64,000 bases of DNA from an uncultured Flavobacteriaceae bacterium (GTDB lineage: Bacteria; Bacteroidota; Bacteroidia; Flavobacteriales; Flavobacteriaceae), in assembly GCA_964350765.1 (NCBI GenBank), contig CAYGMB010000002.1, positions 22,774 to 86,773 on the forward strand, given 5' to 3'. The notes beneath the pieces were generated by a model. That model did no database searches and had not been told where the DNA came from. It saw nothing but the letters and a program-made list of their open reading frames with translations. Below, piece after piece: positions 13,367 to 23,707 of the stretch. The position numbers were made by a program, and so were the translations under genes. Every line of letters starts with the position of its first letter. The stretch's first letter is position 1.

Positions 13367-16126
13367 TTGAGCCAATATGTAGATAACTTTATTAACCAAC
13401 ATAAAGAGTATTTTAAAAGGAATAAAGTTGTCATTGAAAATAACGAATGGAATCTATCTGAGAAAAACGCACAAGAAGACTTAGACCAACTGTTTTACGA
13501 GATAGGAATTTTACAAAAGGAAAAAGAAACTCCGAAAGTAAAAAAACTCCTTAAGGAAAAACAAGAGCAGATTTTTAATGTAAAAGAATCCGCAAAAAAA
13601 AGAAAAACAGCATTATTCTCAGAAGAAAATAAGCTTACCGAATCAATACTTGGTAGGCTTTCTGCGTTTATAGAAGAAACAGAAAAAAACGGAGAGAGAC
13701 GTAAAAATAAAAAGGTACAAAAATTTATAGAAAGTACTGTTGAAATAGTATATACTCATTTGAATAAATGTGATGAGTATTTAAATTACTCTTTAGATAT
13801 ACTGACAGAAACTGCAGAAGATGAAGATGACATACATTTTAGGTCTGAAGAGATAAAATTTCAGGATACTATATTTAATAAAAAAATATCTATTCAAGAT
13901 AAATTGTCTAAGTTAAATATAAACAATAGTTTAGATAATATGAGTATAGAGTTTTTTAAAAACGAAAAAGCCTCTATACCAATGATGGATGTATTACCCT
14001 ACCTTAATAATGATATAAAGGAACTAACCGAACAACTAAAACTTCCGAAAGAGGTGGGGGATATTACATTCCACATTCACAGAAAAAAAGGAGAATACCC
14101 CGAATGGGAAGAAAAAAAACATTATTGGGAACAAACCCCCGAAGCATTAAATTATTGGTACAATGAATGGCTTAAAATAAAAAATGGATTTTGGGTAGAT
14201 GGTTTCTTTTTTCACCCTTGGCTTTATTATCATCTTAATTTTTATCAAACACCAATTCCTGACCCAAAAGGAGGAGAGGTAATAAGACAACCTGATTTAA
14301 GAGATAATGAATGGTTTATAGCAGAACAGTTAAAAGCAGTAACATCTGAAGATGGATATTATACCACTGAAATGCTTCTTATATATGGAACACGTCGCTT
14401 TGGTAAGAGCGTGTCTTGCTCATCCATATGTGAATGGAGAGCTATGGTAGTGTCAAACATTTCCACAGCTATTACATCGGGTTCTGAAGGAGATTTATCA
14501 GAATTGACACATAAAATAAAAACAGCCCACAAAGTATGTCCTCCCGCATTCTTCATACCAATGTATAAACAAGAGTGGGCAGGAGGAACCGTAGAAATAG
14601 GTTTAAAGAAAGACCAATCAACACTTTTAGAGCATTCAAGACACACCATAAAAAATATGGCAGGTGGTTCTAAATCGGCATCTCAAAAAGGTGCGGGTGG
14701 AGCTCCTTCTGTATATTTAATTGAAGAGATTGCGAAGTTTGCCTTTGAGAAAGGACTATTGGCAGCCAAGCCCTCTTTTGAAACATCCTATGGATATAAA
14801 ACAATAGTAATAGGTATTGGCACGAGTGGTGAAAGTAGTTTGTCAGGAGATGCCTTAAAAGCCGTATCTAACCCAAAGACCTTTAAGTTCAGAGAAATGG
14901 ATTGGGATTTATTTGAAAGTAAAATACCACCTCAATTTATAACTTGGAAGAGAAGAACCTTCGCCACATTTATCCCTGGTCAAATGGGGTATAAAACAGG
15001 TTTTAAAAGAATAAAAAAAGGATTTGGGGATTTTTTAGGTATAAAATCAGAATACTTAAATAAAATAGAAATACAAGTAACAGATTGGGAACACAATACA
15101 AATGTAATAAAACAAGAAAGAAAACTTGTTGAAAACGACCCAATTAAACTACAACAAGAAACAGTACAATATCCAATAGACCCTGAAGAATGTTTTATAT
15201 CAAAAGAGAAAAATATTTTTCCATTCAAAGAAGCAAGAAGAAAACGACAAATGCTTGAGAAATCAGGTGAATGGGACAGAAGAAGAAGTCTTTATAGAGG
15301 TTTTGATGGTAAAATAATAGCAGAAATAAGTACAGACCCTTTAGCACAATATCCTCATAATGGAGATACTATAGACGCACCATTTTTAATATTTGAGGAT
15401 ATTCCACAAATAAAACCACCAAAATATGTGTATGTTGCAGGAGGTGATTTTTATAAACAAGAGTCCTCAGATACAGACTCTGTAGGTACAATTTATATAT
15501 GGAAGTATGATTTATTTGCAGACCCATTCTCAAGAAAACTCGTAGCATCTTATTCAGCAAGACCGAGTACATTTTCTAAATTTTATGAAAATTGTTTATT
15601 ATTGTTAGAGGCATATAATGCTGTAATCTTCCCTGAAAATGAAGATTTAGGTGGCTTCCAAACATTCTTAGAGAGAAAAAGAATGGCAGACTATTATATA
15701 ATGCCACACATAGATTTTAACTCCACACTACAACATAGCGAGAATGGGAAAAGAAAATATGGTTGGACGGCAAAACAATCTAAAAAGAAACTACTAAATC
15801 TTTTTGCAGATTACCTAAATAGACCGATGGTAATACAAAACGAACAAGGAGAAGAAGTAGAGATAAAAACAGTGGAGTCTATAGATGATATTTATTTGTT
15901 AGAAGAATTAGAGAAATTCAACCCCGAAGACAACTTTGATAGGATTACAGCGTGTATAGGAGCAACAGGATATTTACACTACTTAGATAAAAATTTTATA
16001 TTTCCAAGGGGTTATAAAGGAAACAGACCACAACAGGAAGAAAAACCAAAAAAATCTAAAAAAAGTAAAAGAGGATTTTACTCACCACCAAGTAAAAGAG
16101 CAGGTTTTTATAGAACTCGAAAATAG
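13367..16126 (+). CDS. terL: terminase large subunit with about 330-aa N-terminal extension (TTG start)
   Basis: Walker A-like LLIYGTRRFGKS, Walker B-like SVYLIEE, nuclease-type acidic strand VYVAGGDFY..SSDTDS. It is followed by a portal-sized ORF. There is no in-frame ATG before about residue 190. Confidence 0.8.
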   Translation: MSQYVDNFINQHKEYFKRNKVVIENNEWNLSEKNAQEDLDQLFYEIGILQKEKETPKVKKLLKEKQEQIFNVKESAKKRKTALFSEENKLTESILGRLSAFIEETEKNGERRKNKKVQKFIESTVEIVYTHLNKCDEYLNYSLDILTETAEDEDDIHFRSEEIKFQDTIFNKKISIQDKLSKLNINNSLDNMSIEFFKNEKASIPMMDVLPYLNNDIKELTEQLKLPKEVGDITFHIHRKKGEYPEWEEKKHYWEQTPEALNYWYNEWLKIKNGFWVDGFFFHPWLYYHLNFYQTPIPDPKGGEVIRQPDLRDNEWFIAEQLKAVTSEDGYYTTEMLLIYGTRRFGKSVSCSSICEWRAMVVSNISTAITSGSEGDLSELTHKIKTAHKVCPPAFFIPMYKQEWAGGTVEIGLKKDQSTLLEHSRHTIKNMAGGSKSASQKGAGGAPSVYLIEEIAKFAFEKGLLAAKPSFETSYGYKTIVIGIGTSGESSLSGDALKAVSNPKTFKFREMDWDLFESKIPPQFITWKRRTFATFIPGQMGYKTGFKRIKKGFGDFLGIKSEYLNKIEIQVTDWEHNTNVIKQERKLVENDPIKLQQETVQYPIDPEECFISKEKNIFPFKEARRKRQMLEKSGEWDRRRSLYRGFDGKIIAEISTDPLAQYPHNGDTIDAPFLIFEDIPQIKPPKYVYVAGGDFYKQESSDTDSVGTIYIWKYDLFADPFSRKLVASYSARPSTFSKFYENCLLLLEAYNAVIFPENEDLGGFQTFLERKRMADYYIMPHIDFNSTLQHSENGKRKYGWTAKQSKKKLLNLFADYLNRPMVIQNEQGEEVEIKTVESIDDIYLLEELEKFNPEDNFDRITACIGATGYLHYLDKNFIFPRGYKGNRPQQEEKPKKSKKSKRGFYSPPSKRAGFYRTRK

Positions 16127-16153
16127 TGTTCTATTAACATACGTTTTATGTTT

Positions 16154-16184
16154 TTTGATAAAACAATGAATAAAAGTATATTTG
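16154..16184 (+). promoter_or_regulatory. Bacteroidetes-type promoter
   Basis: TTTG (16154-16157), 19-nt spacer, TATATTTG (16177-16184), 24 nt upstream of the ATG at 16209. Confidence 0.6.
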
Positions 16185-16208
16185 TAAATTGCAAAGTAAT
16201 ATACATAA

Positions 16209-19043
16209 ATGAGTAAAGATAATTCACAATATGCTTTATTTGATGGCGCATTTAATAATGAGTCTTCGAGTCTCAGCACGCTCCCTATCCAAACCTTAGG
16301 GGATTCTCAAAAAACAAAAGCTTGGAAAAAAGCAACAGTTGATGCAATAGAATCAAGAGGTCTTAGACAAGTACACGATAATCTCATATTTAGAGAGTGG
16401 AAGGCAATGGCCGAAGGAAGGTTCACCTACTTAGGTACAGGTATATCTGATTTTCAAGAACTACCTTGGTTCGATAAAGAAGTTAGAAAGTTAAGAGGCA
16501 ATAAAGGTATTGACACTTATGTAAAGCATTTTGATTTTATAGGAATCACTGTAAATGCAATGGCAAGTGTGTATAGTGATTTAAATGATAAATACACTAT
16601 AGATAGTATTGATGAGTATTCTACAAACGAGTATATTCGACAAAAAACCGAAATGCTTCATCAGTATGCCAAACAAACCTTTGTTCAAGAAATGAACAAA
16701 CTTCTAATGATGAAAGGTTATGACCCTTTCAAAGAAGACTTTGAATCAGAAGAAGAAGCACAAGCATATCAACAAGAATTACAACAGCAAACCAAAGCAC
16801 TTACACCACAGGAAATAGAATCTTCCTTAAGTAAAAACTTTAAAGTATTAGCAACAGAATGGGCTCAAAATGTACTAACAGCAGATAAAAAAAGATTTTA
16901 TTTAGCAGATAAAGATAAAGAAGATTTTATAAGTTTTCTATTAACAGGAAGATATTTTAGACACTATAGAATAGGGTATGATTCATATGAAATTGAAACT
17001 TGGGATGTAGAAGAAACATTCTTTTCTGAAGATAAAAATTTAAGATTCCCACAAAAAGCAGAATTTGTAGGAAATATAACATATATTAATGTTGCAGATA
17101 TCCTAAATAAATACGGACATCTGATGACATACAACCAACAAAAGAAAGTTGGTAACTATTGGAACCAATCTAAGAATGATTGGCAAAACGCACAAGGAGG
17201 AGCTCAAGTGGAAAGAGATAAAATTTCCGCAGAAAAAATGGCGTTTCCTGAACCTACATCAGTACCTTTTCATAATTACTTCGACCATAAAATTAATGTA
17301 CAGTTAGAAGATGCATTAGGAGTACCATTAGCTGAGACAACTATTATAGACGACGATGGAAACGAAGAATCCTTCAGTAGTTGGATTCCAAGAATGGATG
17401 GAGAAACTGCAGGATATGGTAGAAACTTTACAGAATATCTAAGAGACGATATTAATATAAGAAGAGATACAGTAAGAGTAACAGAAGGGTATTGGAGAAG
17501 TCAAAAAAAATGGTCTTTGATTATATTCAGAAATGAATTAGGCTCTCTGTCAGTTGAATTAGTAGATGACAACTTACTAAAAGAATTTGAAGAAGTTTTT
17601 GAAATAGAAAAAGCAAGAAACTTAACTCTAAATGACCTTAAAAAAGCATTACAAGATGGGGATTTAGAAGAGTATGAAAATACAAAAATAGAATTCTTCC
17701 TTCCTGAATATTGGAGATTTGTAAAAATAAGAGGAAATGGAAGTACTATCAAAGAAGATATGTATTTAGATGTAAGACCTCTTGACTTCCAAATAAAAGG
17801 AGACTCTAATTATTATGATGTAATGGCACCTGTGTCGGGAATAATAGATACAGGAATAACACCTAAATTAGAGCCTTATCAACAGCTTCATAATATCTGC
17901 ATGAATCAAATAACAGAGATGTTAGAAAAAGAGTTAGGCGTGTTTTTTACATTCGATATAAATGGTCTTTCTGAAGAATATCAAGATGAAGATACAGAAG
18001 AAGCAATTCTTAGAATGCGAGATAATATAAAAGACACATCTCTTTTAGGATTAGATTTATCAAGACAAAATGTAGGGCCGAATCAACCAAAATTATTTGA
18101 AAGACAAGAAGTAGTATTTGCAACACAAGTACAATGTAGACAACAATTAGCAGAATACTACAAACAACAAGGTTTTGCACAAGTAGGTTTAACACCTCAA
18201 ATATTAGGAGCACCAACCACGTATGAAACCGCAGAAGGTGTAAAACAAGGAGCACAAGCATCATATGCATTACTTAACACTTGGTTTGATAAATTCAATA
18301 TGTCAAAAGCCAAAGGAATGGAAGTACATTTAGCTGTAGCACAGTTCTGCGAAGCAAATGGGAAATCTGCTCATATAATGACAAGAAAAGGGGATGGAGA
18401 ACTCAAGTTTTTAGATATTATAAAAGAAGACGGAGATATATTTCCAATGAGAGCTTTATCGGTACACCCTGAAACAAACTCCACAGACAGAAAAACAGTA
18501 GAGCAAATACGTCAATATATTCTTAATAATAATACAATAGAGGCAGAGTTTGATGATATTATTACAATACTTAAAAATCCTGTTCTTCAAGAAATACAGC
18601 ATGAAGCTAAGGAAATATTAAAAAGAAAACAACAAAGAATACAAGAAGATAGACAATTCCAACAACAACTTCAACAAAAGCAAATAGAATCTAATAAAGA
18701 ATTAGAGGTGTCGAGACATGAGAGGGAGAAGGAAATAGAACATATTAAAGGTCAATATAAACTTAGTGAAGAAAAAATTTCTGCTTTAGGTAGAGCTGCC
18801 GATAAAAAATCAGATTCCTATGGAATAGAACAGATAATAAAAGCAGAGGCAGAAGAACAAGCACAAGCAAACAAGGAAAAAGAGTTTGGATTAAAAGAAA
18901 ATGAACAGCAAAGAAAATTGAATTCTGATAAAGAGTCTAAAAAATTAGAATTACAAAAATTAGCTTTAAAATCAGAAGAATTGCGTCTTAAGAACAAAGC
19001 CTTAGATGTTCAAAGGGAAGGCAACATTATAAATAAAAATTAA
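16209..19043 (+). CDS. portal protein candidate (944 aa)
   Basis: Position directly after TerL and its size. The C-terminal about 150 aa form a Gln/Glu/Lys-rich coiled coil. No diagnostic motif was read. Confidence 0.6.
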   Translation: MSKDNSQYALFDGAFNNESSSLSTLPIQTLGDSQKTKAWKKATVDAIESRGLRQVHDNLIFREWKAMAEGRFTYLGTGISDFQELPWFDKEVRKLRGNKGIDTYVKHFDFIGITVNAMASVYSDLNDKYTIDSIDEYSTNEYIRQKTEMLHQYAKQTFVQEMNKLLMMKGYDPFKEDFESEEEAQAYQQELQQQTKALTPQEIESSLSKNFKVLATEWAQNVLTADKKRFYLADKDKEDFISFLLTGRYFRHYRIGYDSYEIETWDVEETFFSEDKNLRFPQKAEFVGNITYINVADILNKYGHLMTYNQQKKVGNYWNQSKNDWQNAQGGAQVERDKISAEKMAFPEPTSVPFHNYFDHKINVQLEDALGVPLAETTIIDDDGNEESFSSWIPRMDGETAGYGRNFTEYLRDDINIRRDTVRVTEGYWRSQKKWSLIIFRNELGSLSVELVDDNLLKEFEEVFEIEKARNLTLNDLKKALQDGDLEEYENTKIEFFLPEYWRFVKIRGNGSTIKEDMYLDVRPLDFQIKGDSNYYDVMAPVSGIIDTGITPKLEPYQQLHNICMNQITEMLEKELGVFFTFDINGLSEEYQDEDTEEAILRMRDNIKDTSLLGLDLSRQNVGPNQPKLFERQEVVFATQVQCRQQLAEYYKQQGFAQVGLTPQILGAPTTYETAEGVKQGAQASYALLNTWFDKFNMSKAKGMEVHLAVAQFCEANGKSAHIMTRKGDGELKFLDIIKEDGDIFPMRALSVHPETNSTDRKTVEQIRQYILNNNTIEAEFDDIITILKNPVLQEIQHEAKEILKRKQQRIQEDRQFQQQLQQKQIESNKELEVSRHEREKEIEHIKGQYKLSEEKISALGRAADKKSDSYGIEQIIKAEAEEQAQANKEKEFGLKENEQQRKLNSDKESKKLELQKLALKSEELRLKNKALDVQREGNIINKN

Positions 19044-19092
19044 ATTAATCAATTAAAAAATAATTAATATATATTAAAACGGTTTAACGATT

Positions 19093-19123
19093 TTTGTAAT
19101 CTTAAACCTTCAACTTAAATTTG
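19093..19123 (+). promoter_or_regulatory. Bacteroidetes-type promoter
   Basis: TTTG (19093-19096), 19-nt spacer, TAAATTTG (19116-19123), 11 nt upstream of the ATG at 19135. Confidence 0.65.
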
Positions 19124-19134
19124 TACGCAACAAG

Positions 19135-20238
19135 ATGAAAGAAAACCAAAAAAACGAAACATCTGTACTTACGGGTAATTCACTAGAAGCCTTTTTTACA
19201 GAAGAGTCACCTGAAAAGAACAGTGAGCAAGTTTCAACAGAAGAAACCGCAGGATTAGATGATATTTTCAATGTTAAAAAACAAACAGAAAATCCTCCTG
19301 AAAAGCCTCCTGTACAAGAAGAAACCATAACACCACAATCAAATTCCTATTATTACGATAATGTAATAAGTGATTTCTTAGAAGAAGGAGAGTGGGAGGA
19401 TATGGTGATAGAGACGGAAGTAGATGGAGAAGTTGTAGAAACACCACTATCCGAATTAAAAAACGTTGATAAAGAAACGTTTCAAGAAATAAAGAAACAC
19501 TTTAAACAGCTTAAAGATGAGGAGTTTAAAGAAAAGTATATAAGTGTTGAAGGTCTTGATGAAACCACTAAAAGAATGGTGGAACTTAAGAAAAAGGGTG
19601 GAGATATAAGTTCATTGATTCAAGCTGAAGCACAACATGTACACCCATTAAAAGGAGTGGACTTAGAAGATGAACGTGTACAAGAAGCCATAGTAAGGCA
19701 AAAATTATCTGCATCGGGGCAATTATCTCAAGCAACTATAGAAAATGAGATTAAAACTTTAAAAGCAAATCTTGAGTTAGATAAAAAATCAAATGAAATT
19801 GTAGAAGAAATAAACACCAATTTCAACAGATTTGTAGAGGCCGAGGCAAAAAGGCAAGAATCAGAAATTGAAGCTCAAAAACAACAACAGAAAGAATTTA
19901 GAAAAACACTTTCTGAAACTATAAAAAACTTAGACATAAAAGAAGAGAAAGTAGTAAAATCTCTTTTAGATGCATCTACAAAATATGATTCAAACGGATT
20001 ATCTGATGTAGATAAAGCATTTTTTGAAGCAAAACAAAACCCTGAACTTTTCACTAAAATAGCTTTCTTATTAACAAACGAAGAATTATTTGATAAACAC
20101 ATGGGAGTTAAGATAAAGAACAAAGCCACTTTAGGAGAAGTGAAAAAAATCTTAAATCTCAGAAAGAAAAGTTCAACAGAACAAACACAAATAAAGAAAA
20201 AAGAGAAAGGATTAGAATCCTTCTTTAATGATAATTAA
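19135..20238 (+). CDS. scaffolding protein candidate (367 aa)
   Basis: Acidic, helical, coiled-coil-type composition. Located between the portal and capsid candidates. Confidence 0.5.
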   Translation: MKENQKNETSVLTGNSLEAFFTEESPEKNSEQVSTEETAGLDDIFNVKKQTENPPEKPPVQEETITPQSNSYYYDNVISDFLEEGEWEDMVIETEVDGEVVETPLSELKNVDKETFQEIKKHFKQLKDEEFKEKYISVEGLDETTKRMVELKKKGGDISSLIQAEAQHVHPLKGVDLEDERVQEAIVRQKLSASGQLSQATIENEIKTLKANLELDKKSNEIVEEINTNFNRFVEAEAKRQESEIEAQKQQQKEFRKTLSETIKNLDIKEEKVVKSLLDASTKYDSNGLSDVDKAFFEAKQNPELFTKIAFLLTNEELFDKHMGVKIKNKATLGEVKKILNLRKKSSTEQTQIKKKEKGLESFFNDN

Positions 20239-20266
20239 CAATAAATAAAATTAACACACGCAAATT

Positions 20267-21946
20267 ATGAGTTTTTATACTAACACTCCATTAACAAGGA
20301 ACGGAAATGCGATGATAGACGTAAAGCCTATTACAAGAACTTCCTTAGTTAATCAACAAGGGTGGCAAGATGCTTCTACTATGTATACATGGTACCAAGA
20401 TGACCCTTTAAAAAATCATCTTAAACTACAATCTTGGTTTGGACAACAAGAAATGCAAAAAGTACCATTATTCCAAGATGTACTTGACCACGATGCTGTA
20501 TTAGAAGTAAACGGATGGGATGGAAAATTCTCATATGATTATCCTGTTGAAACAGATAATAGAGTAAAAACAGCAGATGATTATTCTTTCCAAAAGTACG
20601 CAGGTGTAGACGGAACAACTTTCAAAATTGTGCTTAATAGAGAATTCGGAGTTGGAACTACATTAACTTGTGATGGTTTAGATGGAGAGGAAATTGCTGT
20701 ATCAGATGCGGAACCTGTTAAGGACTTAGGACATGGTTTTGAACACACAGTGGTTCTTAACACAAATGACCCTGATAAAGAATACCCATCAGAATTACTT
20801 CAAAAAGACATTGAGTACTTTGAAACAGGTCACGGTATTGCAGAATGGGGAGAAAAATTAGGTACTGTTCATATGCCTTCTCCAACAAGCTATATGACCA
20901 ACGAATTCCAATTAGGTAGTCCTATGGGGTACGAAACATTCTTCTCAGGTAAAGCTGATTCAGTTGATTTGAGAGAAGGTACTGCAAGTTCTATGGAATT
21001 TATAGATATGTTAGAGAAGTTTTATGCTAAAGGACAAGAGATGGTTCTTGTTAAAGATAAATCACCTAACGCAACACACAAATACTCTGTAGGAACAATC
21101 TTAGAGATGTTGACAATAAACAAGTTCAACAGAACTATGTCAACAAAATTAATGTTCCAAAAAGGAGGTACAATCAAAACACAAAAAGGTACCGTAAGAT
21201 ACAACGAAGGTCTATGGCACCAAATGCAAAGAGGATTTAAAATCCAATATGGTAAACGTGGAGGAATCACTCGTGAGCACATTAAAAGAGCTCGTGACTA
21301 TGTATTCAAAGCAAATCCATTTAAAGATACAGTATCATCTCGTTTACGTTTTAAATGTGGTTCGGGAGCTTTCGACAATGTATTGGAAATCTTCAAGGAC
21401 GAAGTAAATCACCAACTTGGAAACTTATCAGCTTTATTAGGAGCAGATAGATTATTACCTGAAAACCCTGTATCGGGAGACCTTTATAACTTAGAGTTAA
21501 AACCTGTAAGATTTACTAAGGTTAACTTACCTGGAATTGGAATGGTTGAGATTGAAGAAGATATGTCTTTAAACTTTGCAAATGTAACAGACAGAAACTT
21601 AGGTGGTATGAACCGTCACGGAGCAGATTACACAACTTACAGTATGTTCATTTGGGACGCTGCTGACCAATCTTACAGTAATAACCAAAGCCTTCCAAAA
21701 GGAACTAAGTTAGTAGGTAACAACAATGAAGCAAACATCTACATGGTGACACCAAAAGGAGATAAAATCTATTGGGGTCGTGAAAATGGTAGATATGATA
21801 TGTCAAGAGCTACTGATATTGTAGCTGCATCTAAAACAATGCACAGTTCGTTCTTTATCTACGGATTCGGAGCACTTTGGATGAAAGACCCAAGTAAGAT
21901 AGTAATAGTAGAGCTTAAAAAAGAAGCACGAAAAGGCTACAATTAA
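20267..21946 (+). CDS. major capsid protein candidate (559 aa)
   Basis: Gene order (portal, scaffold, this ORF). A GC-rich hairpin follows directly. Confidence 0.55.
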   Translation: MSFYTNTPLTRNGNAMIDVKPITRTSLVNQQGWQDASTMYTWYQDDPLKNHLKLQSWFGQQEMQKVPLFQDVLDHDAVLEVNGWDGKFSYDYPVETDNRVKTADDYSFQKYAGVDGTTFKIVLNREFGVGTTLTCDGLDGEEIAVSDAEPVKDLGHGFEHTVVLNTNDPDKEYPSELLQKDIEYFETGHGIAEWGEKLGTVHMPSPTSYMTNEFQLGSPMGYETFFSGKADSVDLREGTASSMEFIDMLEKFYAKGQEMVLVKDKSPNATHKYSVGTILEMLTINKFNRTMSTKLMFQKGGTIKTQKGTVRYNEGLWHQMQRGFKIQYGKRGGITREHIKRARDYVFKANPFKDTVSSRLRFKCGSGAFDNVLEIFKDEVNHQLGNLSALLGADRLLPENPVSGDLYNLELKPVRFTKVNLPGIGMVEIEEDMSLNFANVTDRNLGGMNRHGADYTTYSMFIWDAADQSYSNNQSLPKGTKLVGNNNEANIYMVTPKGDKIYWGRENGRYDMSRATDIVAASKTMHSSFFIYGFGALWMKDPSKIVIVELKKEARKGYN

Positions 21947-21961
21947 TAAAAAAGTTAGTAA

Positions 21962-21985
21962 GGCTACGGTGAAATATCCGTAGCC
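21962..21985 (+). terminator. hairpin after the capsid-candidate gene (no T-run)
   Basis: GGCTACGG (21962-21969) - TGAAATAT - CCGTAGCC (21978-21985). Confidence 0.35.
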
Positions 21986-22034
21986 AAGGCTAACAACCAA
22001 GAAAAGAACAAAAAACCAAAACCAATAAAAAACA

Positions 22035-22997
22035 ATGACACGACCAAAAAATAGTGTTAAGCTTAAAATAGCTAGTACGGAATTTGAATTAGGAGATGTA
22101 TTAGAAATTACACCAAAATTAGATTTAGATGCTCCTTCGGGGTTTCAACAACACGGAACTTCAAAGTTGTTGATGGCAGGAATAGCAGAAAATTTCTCAA
22201 TTAGTTTCGATGAAGATTTGCAAATGTGGGATACGGGATTTGATGAAATTCATTCCATAAATAATAATTTGCCTAAAGGAGAAAAAAAAGCAATAGTAGA
22301 TTCTTATGTAAAACACATAAAAGAACCTTACGAGAGGAGATTCAATAAAAGTTTAAGTTCTACAGAAGATAATGATTTTTGGCCTACTTATATTGTAGAG
22401 GTATATAAAGGAAGAAAATTCGACACAAACAACATTAAGGATTTATTAGATTTATATTTGATACTCAGAAATGGAATGGCGTGCGAAGAAAAAGAAACAA
22501 ACTTCCACCTTAAGAAAGCAAACTACAATATTACCAACGTAAAACAGGTAAGAAGTATTCAAGAGAAAAAACAAGACACTATATTCTCTGCTATGGGTAC
22601 CTTAAAAGTAATGTTAGATTCATTCGACCCTAAAAAAGACGATACAATCTACACAGTGTTAGAATGGATAAATATACCTAACGTAAGAGGAGCCGATAAA
22701 GAAACTGTAAAAAACGTAGTGTTAAAACAGTTCAGTAACGAAAAAACAGGCTATGACACTTGCAGAAGATTCTTAAACGCCTATGAAATGACAGAGGATA
22801 AAACCAAAAAAGAAATAATGGAAAACTTCTCTGTACTTAATAAACTTTCTCAAAAGAGAGTCATAGAATTTAGAAAAAGACAATATTATATAAACGGTGA
22901 ATTATTAGGTAACAACTTAAAAGAAGCTGCAGAAAATATCAAAAACGATAAAGATTTATATTCTTTAGTAGAAGAAGCCTACAGTAAAATACAGTAA
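22035..22997 (+). CDS. hypothetical structural-module protein (320 aa)
   Basis: ORF track; position in the head module. Confidence 0.55.
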   Translation: MTRPKNSVKLKIASTEFELGDVLEITPKLDLDAPSGFQQHGTSKLLMAGIAENFSISFDEDLQMWDTGFDEIHSINNNLPKGEKKAIVDSYVKHIKEPYERRFNKSLSSTEDNDFWPTYIVEVYKGRKFDTNNIKDLLDLYLILRNGMACEEKETNFHLKKANYNITNVKQVRSIQEKKQDTIFSAMGTLKVMLDSFDPKKDDTIYTVLEWINIPNVRGADKETVKNVVLKQFSNEKTGYDTCRRFLNAYEMTEDKTKKEIMENFSVLNKLSQKRVIEFRKRQYYINGELLGNNLKEAAENIKNDKDLYSLVEEAYSKIQ

Positions 22998-23005
22998 TAA
23001 ATTAA

Positions 23006-23674
23006 ATGAGCACAATTGAAGAAGCTTATATCAAATACAAAGCCAAAGTAGAGAAAAACATCAAGAATGATGACATCTCAACTGACAGAGGTAGATTTGT
23101 ATTAGTATTCAACGAAGCTCAAAATAAGTTCACTGAAATACATCTTCAAAATAGGGGTACCGACGATATAAGATACATAGAGCATCTGTTGGTACCCGAT
23201 AAGAAGATAGAAGAAAACACTTCAAAATATGATAGACAGGATTTTCCACAACCTAAAGACTATTTAGACCTGTCAAATCTTAGAGTTTTTGCCTCGAAAG
23301 GTAAGTGCAAACAAGAAGAAATAAAATTCTTACATGAACCTCCAAGAGAAAATTTACAAGAACTATTACATGATGAAAATAATAGACCTTCTTTTAAATG
23401 GAGAGAAGCAATTTTCAACATAAACTCCAACAACATATCTATATATAACGACAATGACTTCAAAGTAGATTATATCCTATTAAGTTATTATAGATATCCA
23501 AATCAAATCTCCTTAATAGACCCTGAAAATCCTGAGTCTAAGTTTAATGAGAACATCCAAATACAATGGGATGACAAAGCATTAGACAGAATAATATCAC
23601 TTGCCGCAGGAGAAATAGATATCAATACACTCAATCCGAGATACCAATTACAACAAATTAGGTCACAAAAATAA
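23006..23674 (+). CDS. hypothetical structural-module protein (222 aa)
   Basis: ORF track; position in the head module. Confidence 0.55.
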   Translation: MSTIEEAYIKYKAKVEKNIKNDDISTDRGRFVLVFNEAQNKFTEIHLQNRGTDDIRYIEHLLVPDKKIEENTSKYDRQDFPQPKDYLDLSNLRVFASKGKCKQEEIKFLHEPPRENLQELLHDENNRPSFKWREAIFNINSNNISIYNDNDFKVDYILLSYYRYPNQISLIDPENPESKFNENIQIQWDDKALDRIISLAAGEIDINTLNPRYQLQQIRSQK

Positions 23675-23707
23675 ATAACAATTAATAACTAAAAACACAG
23701 ACAAATT

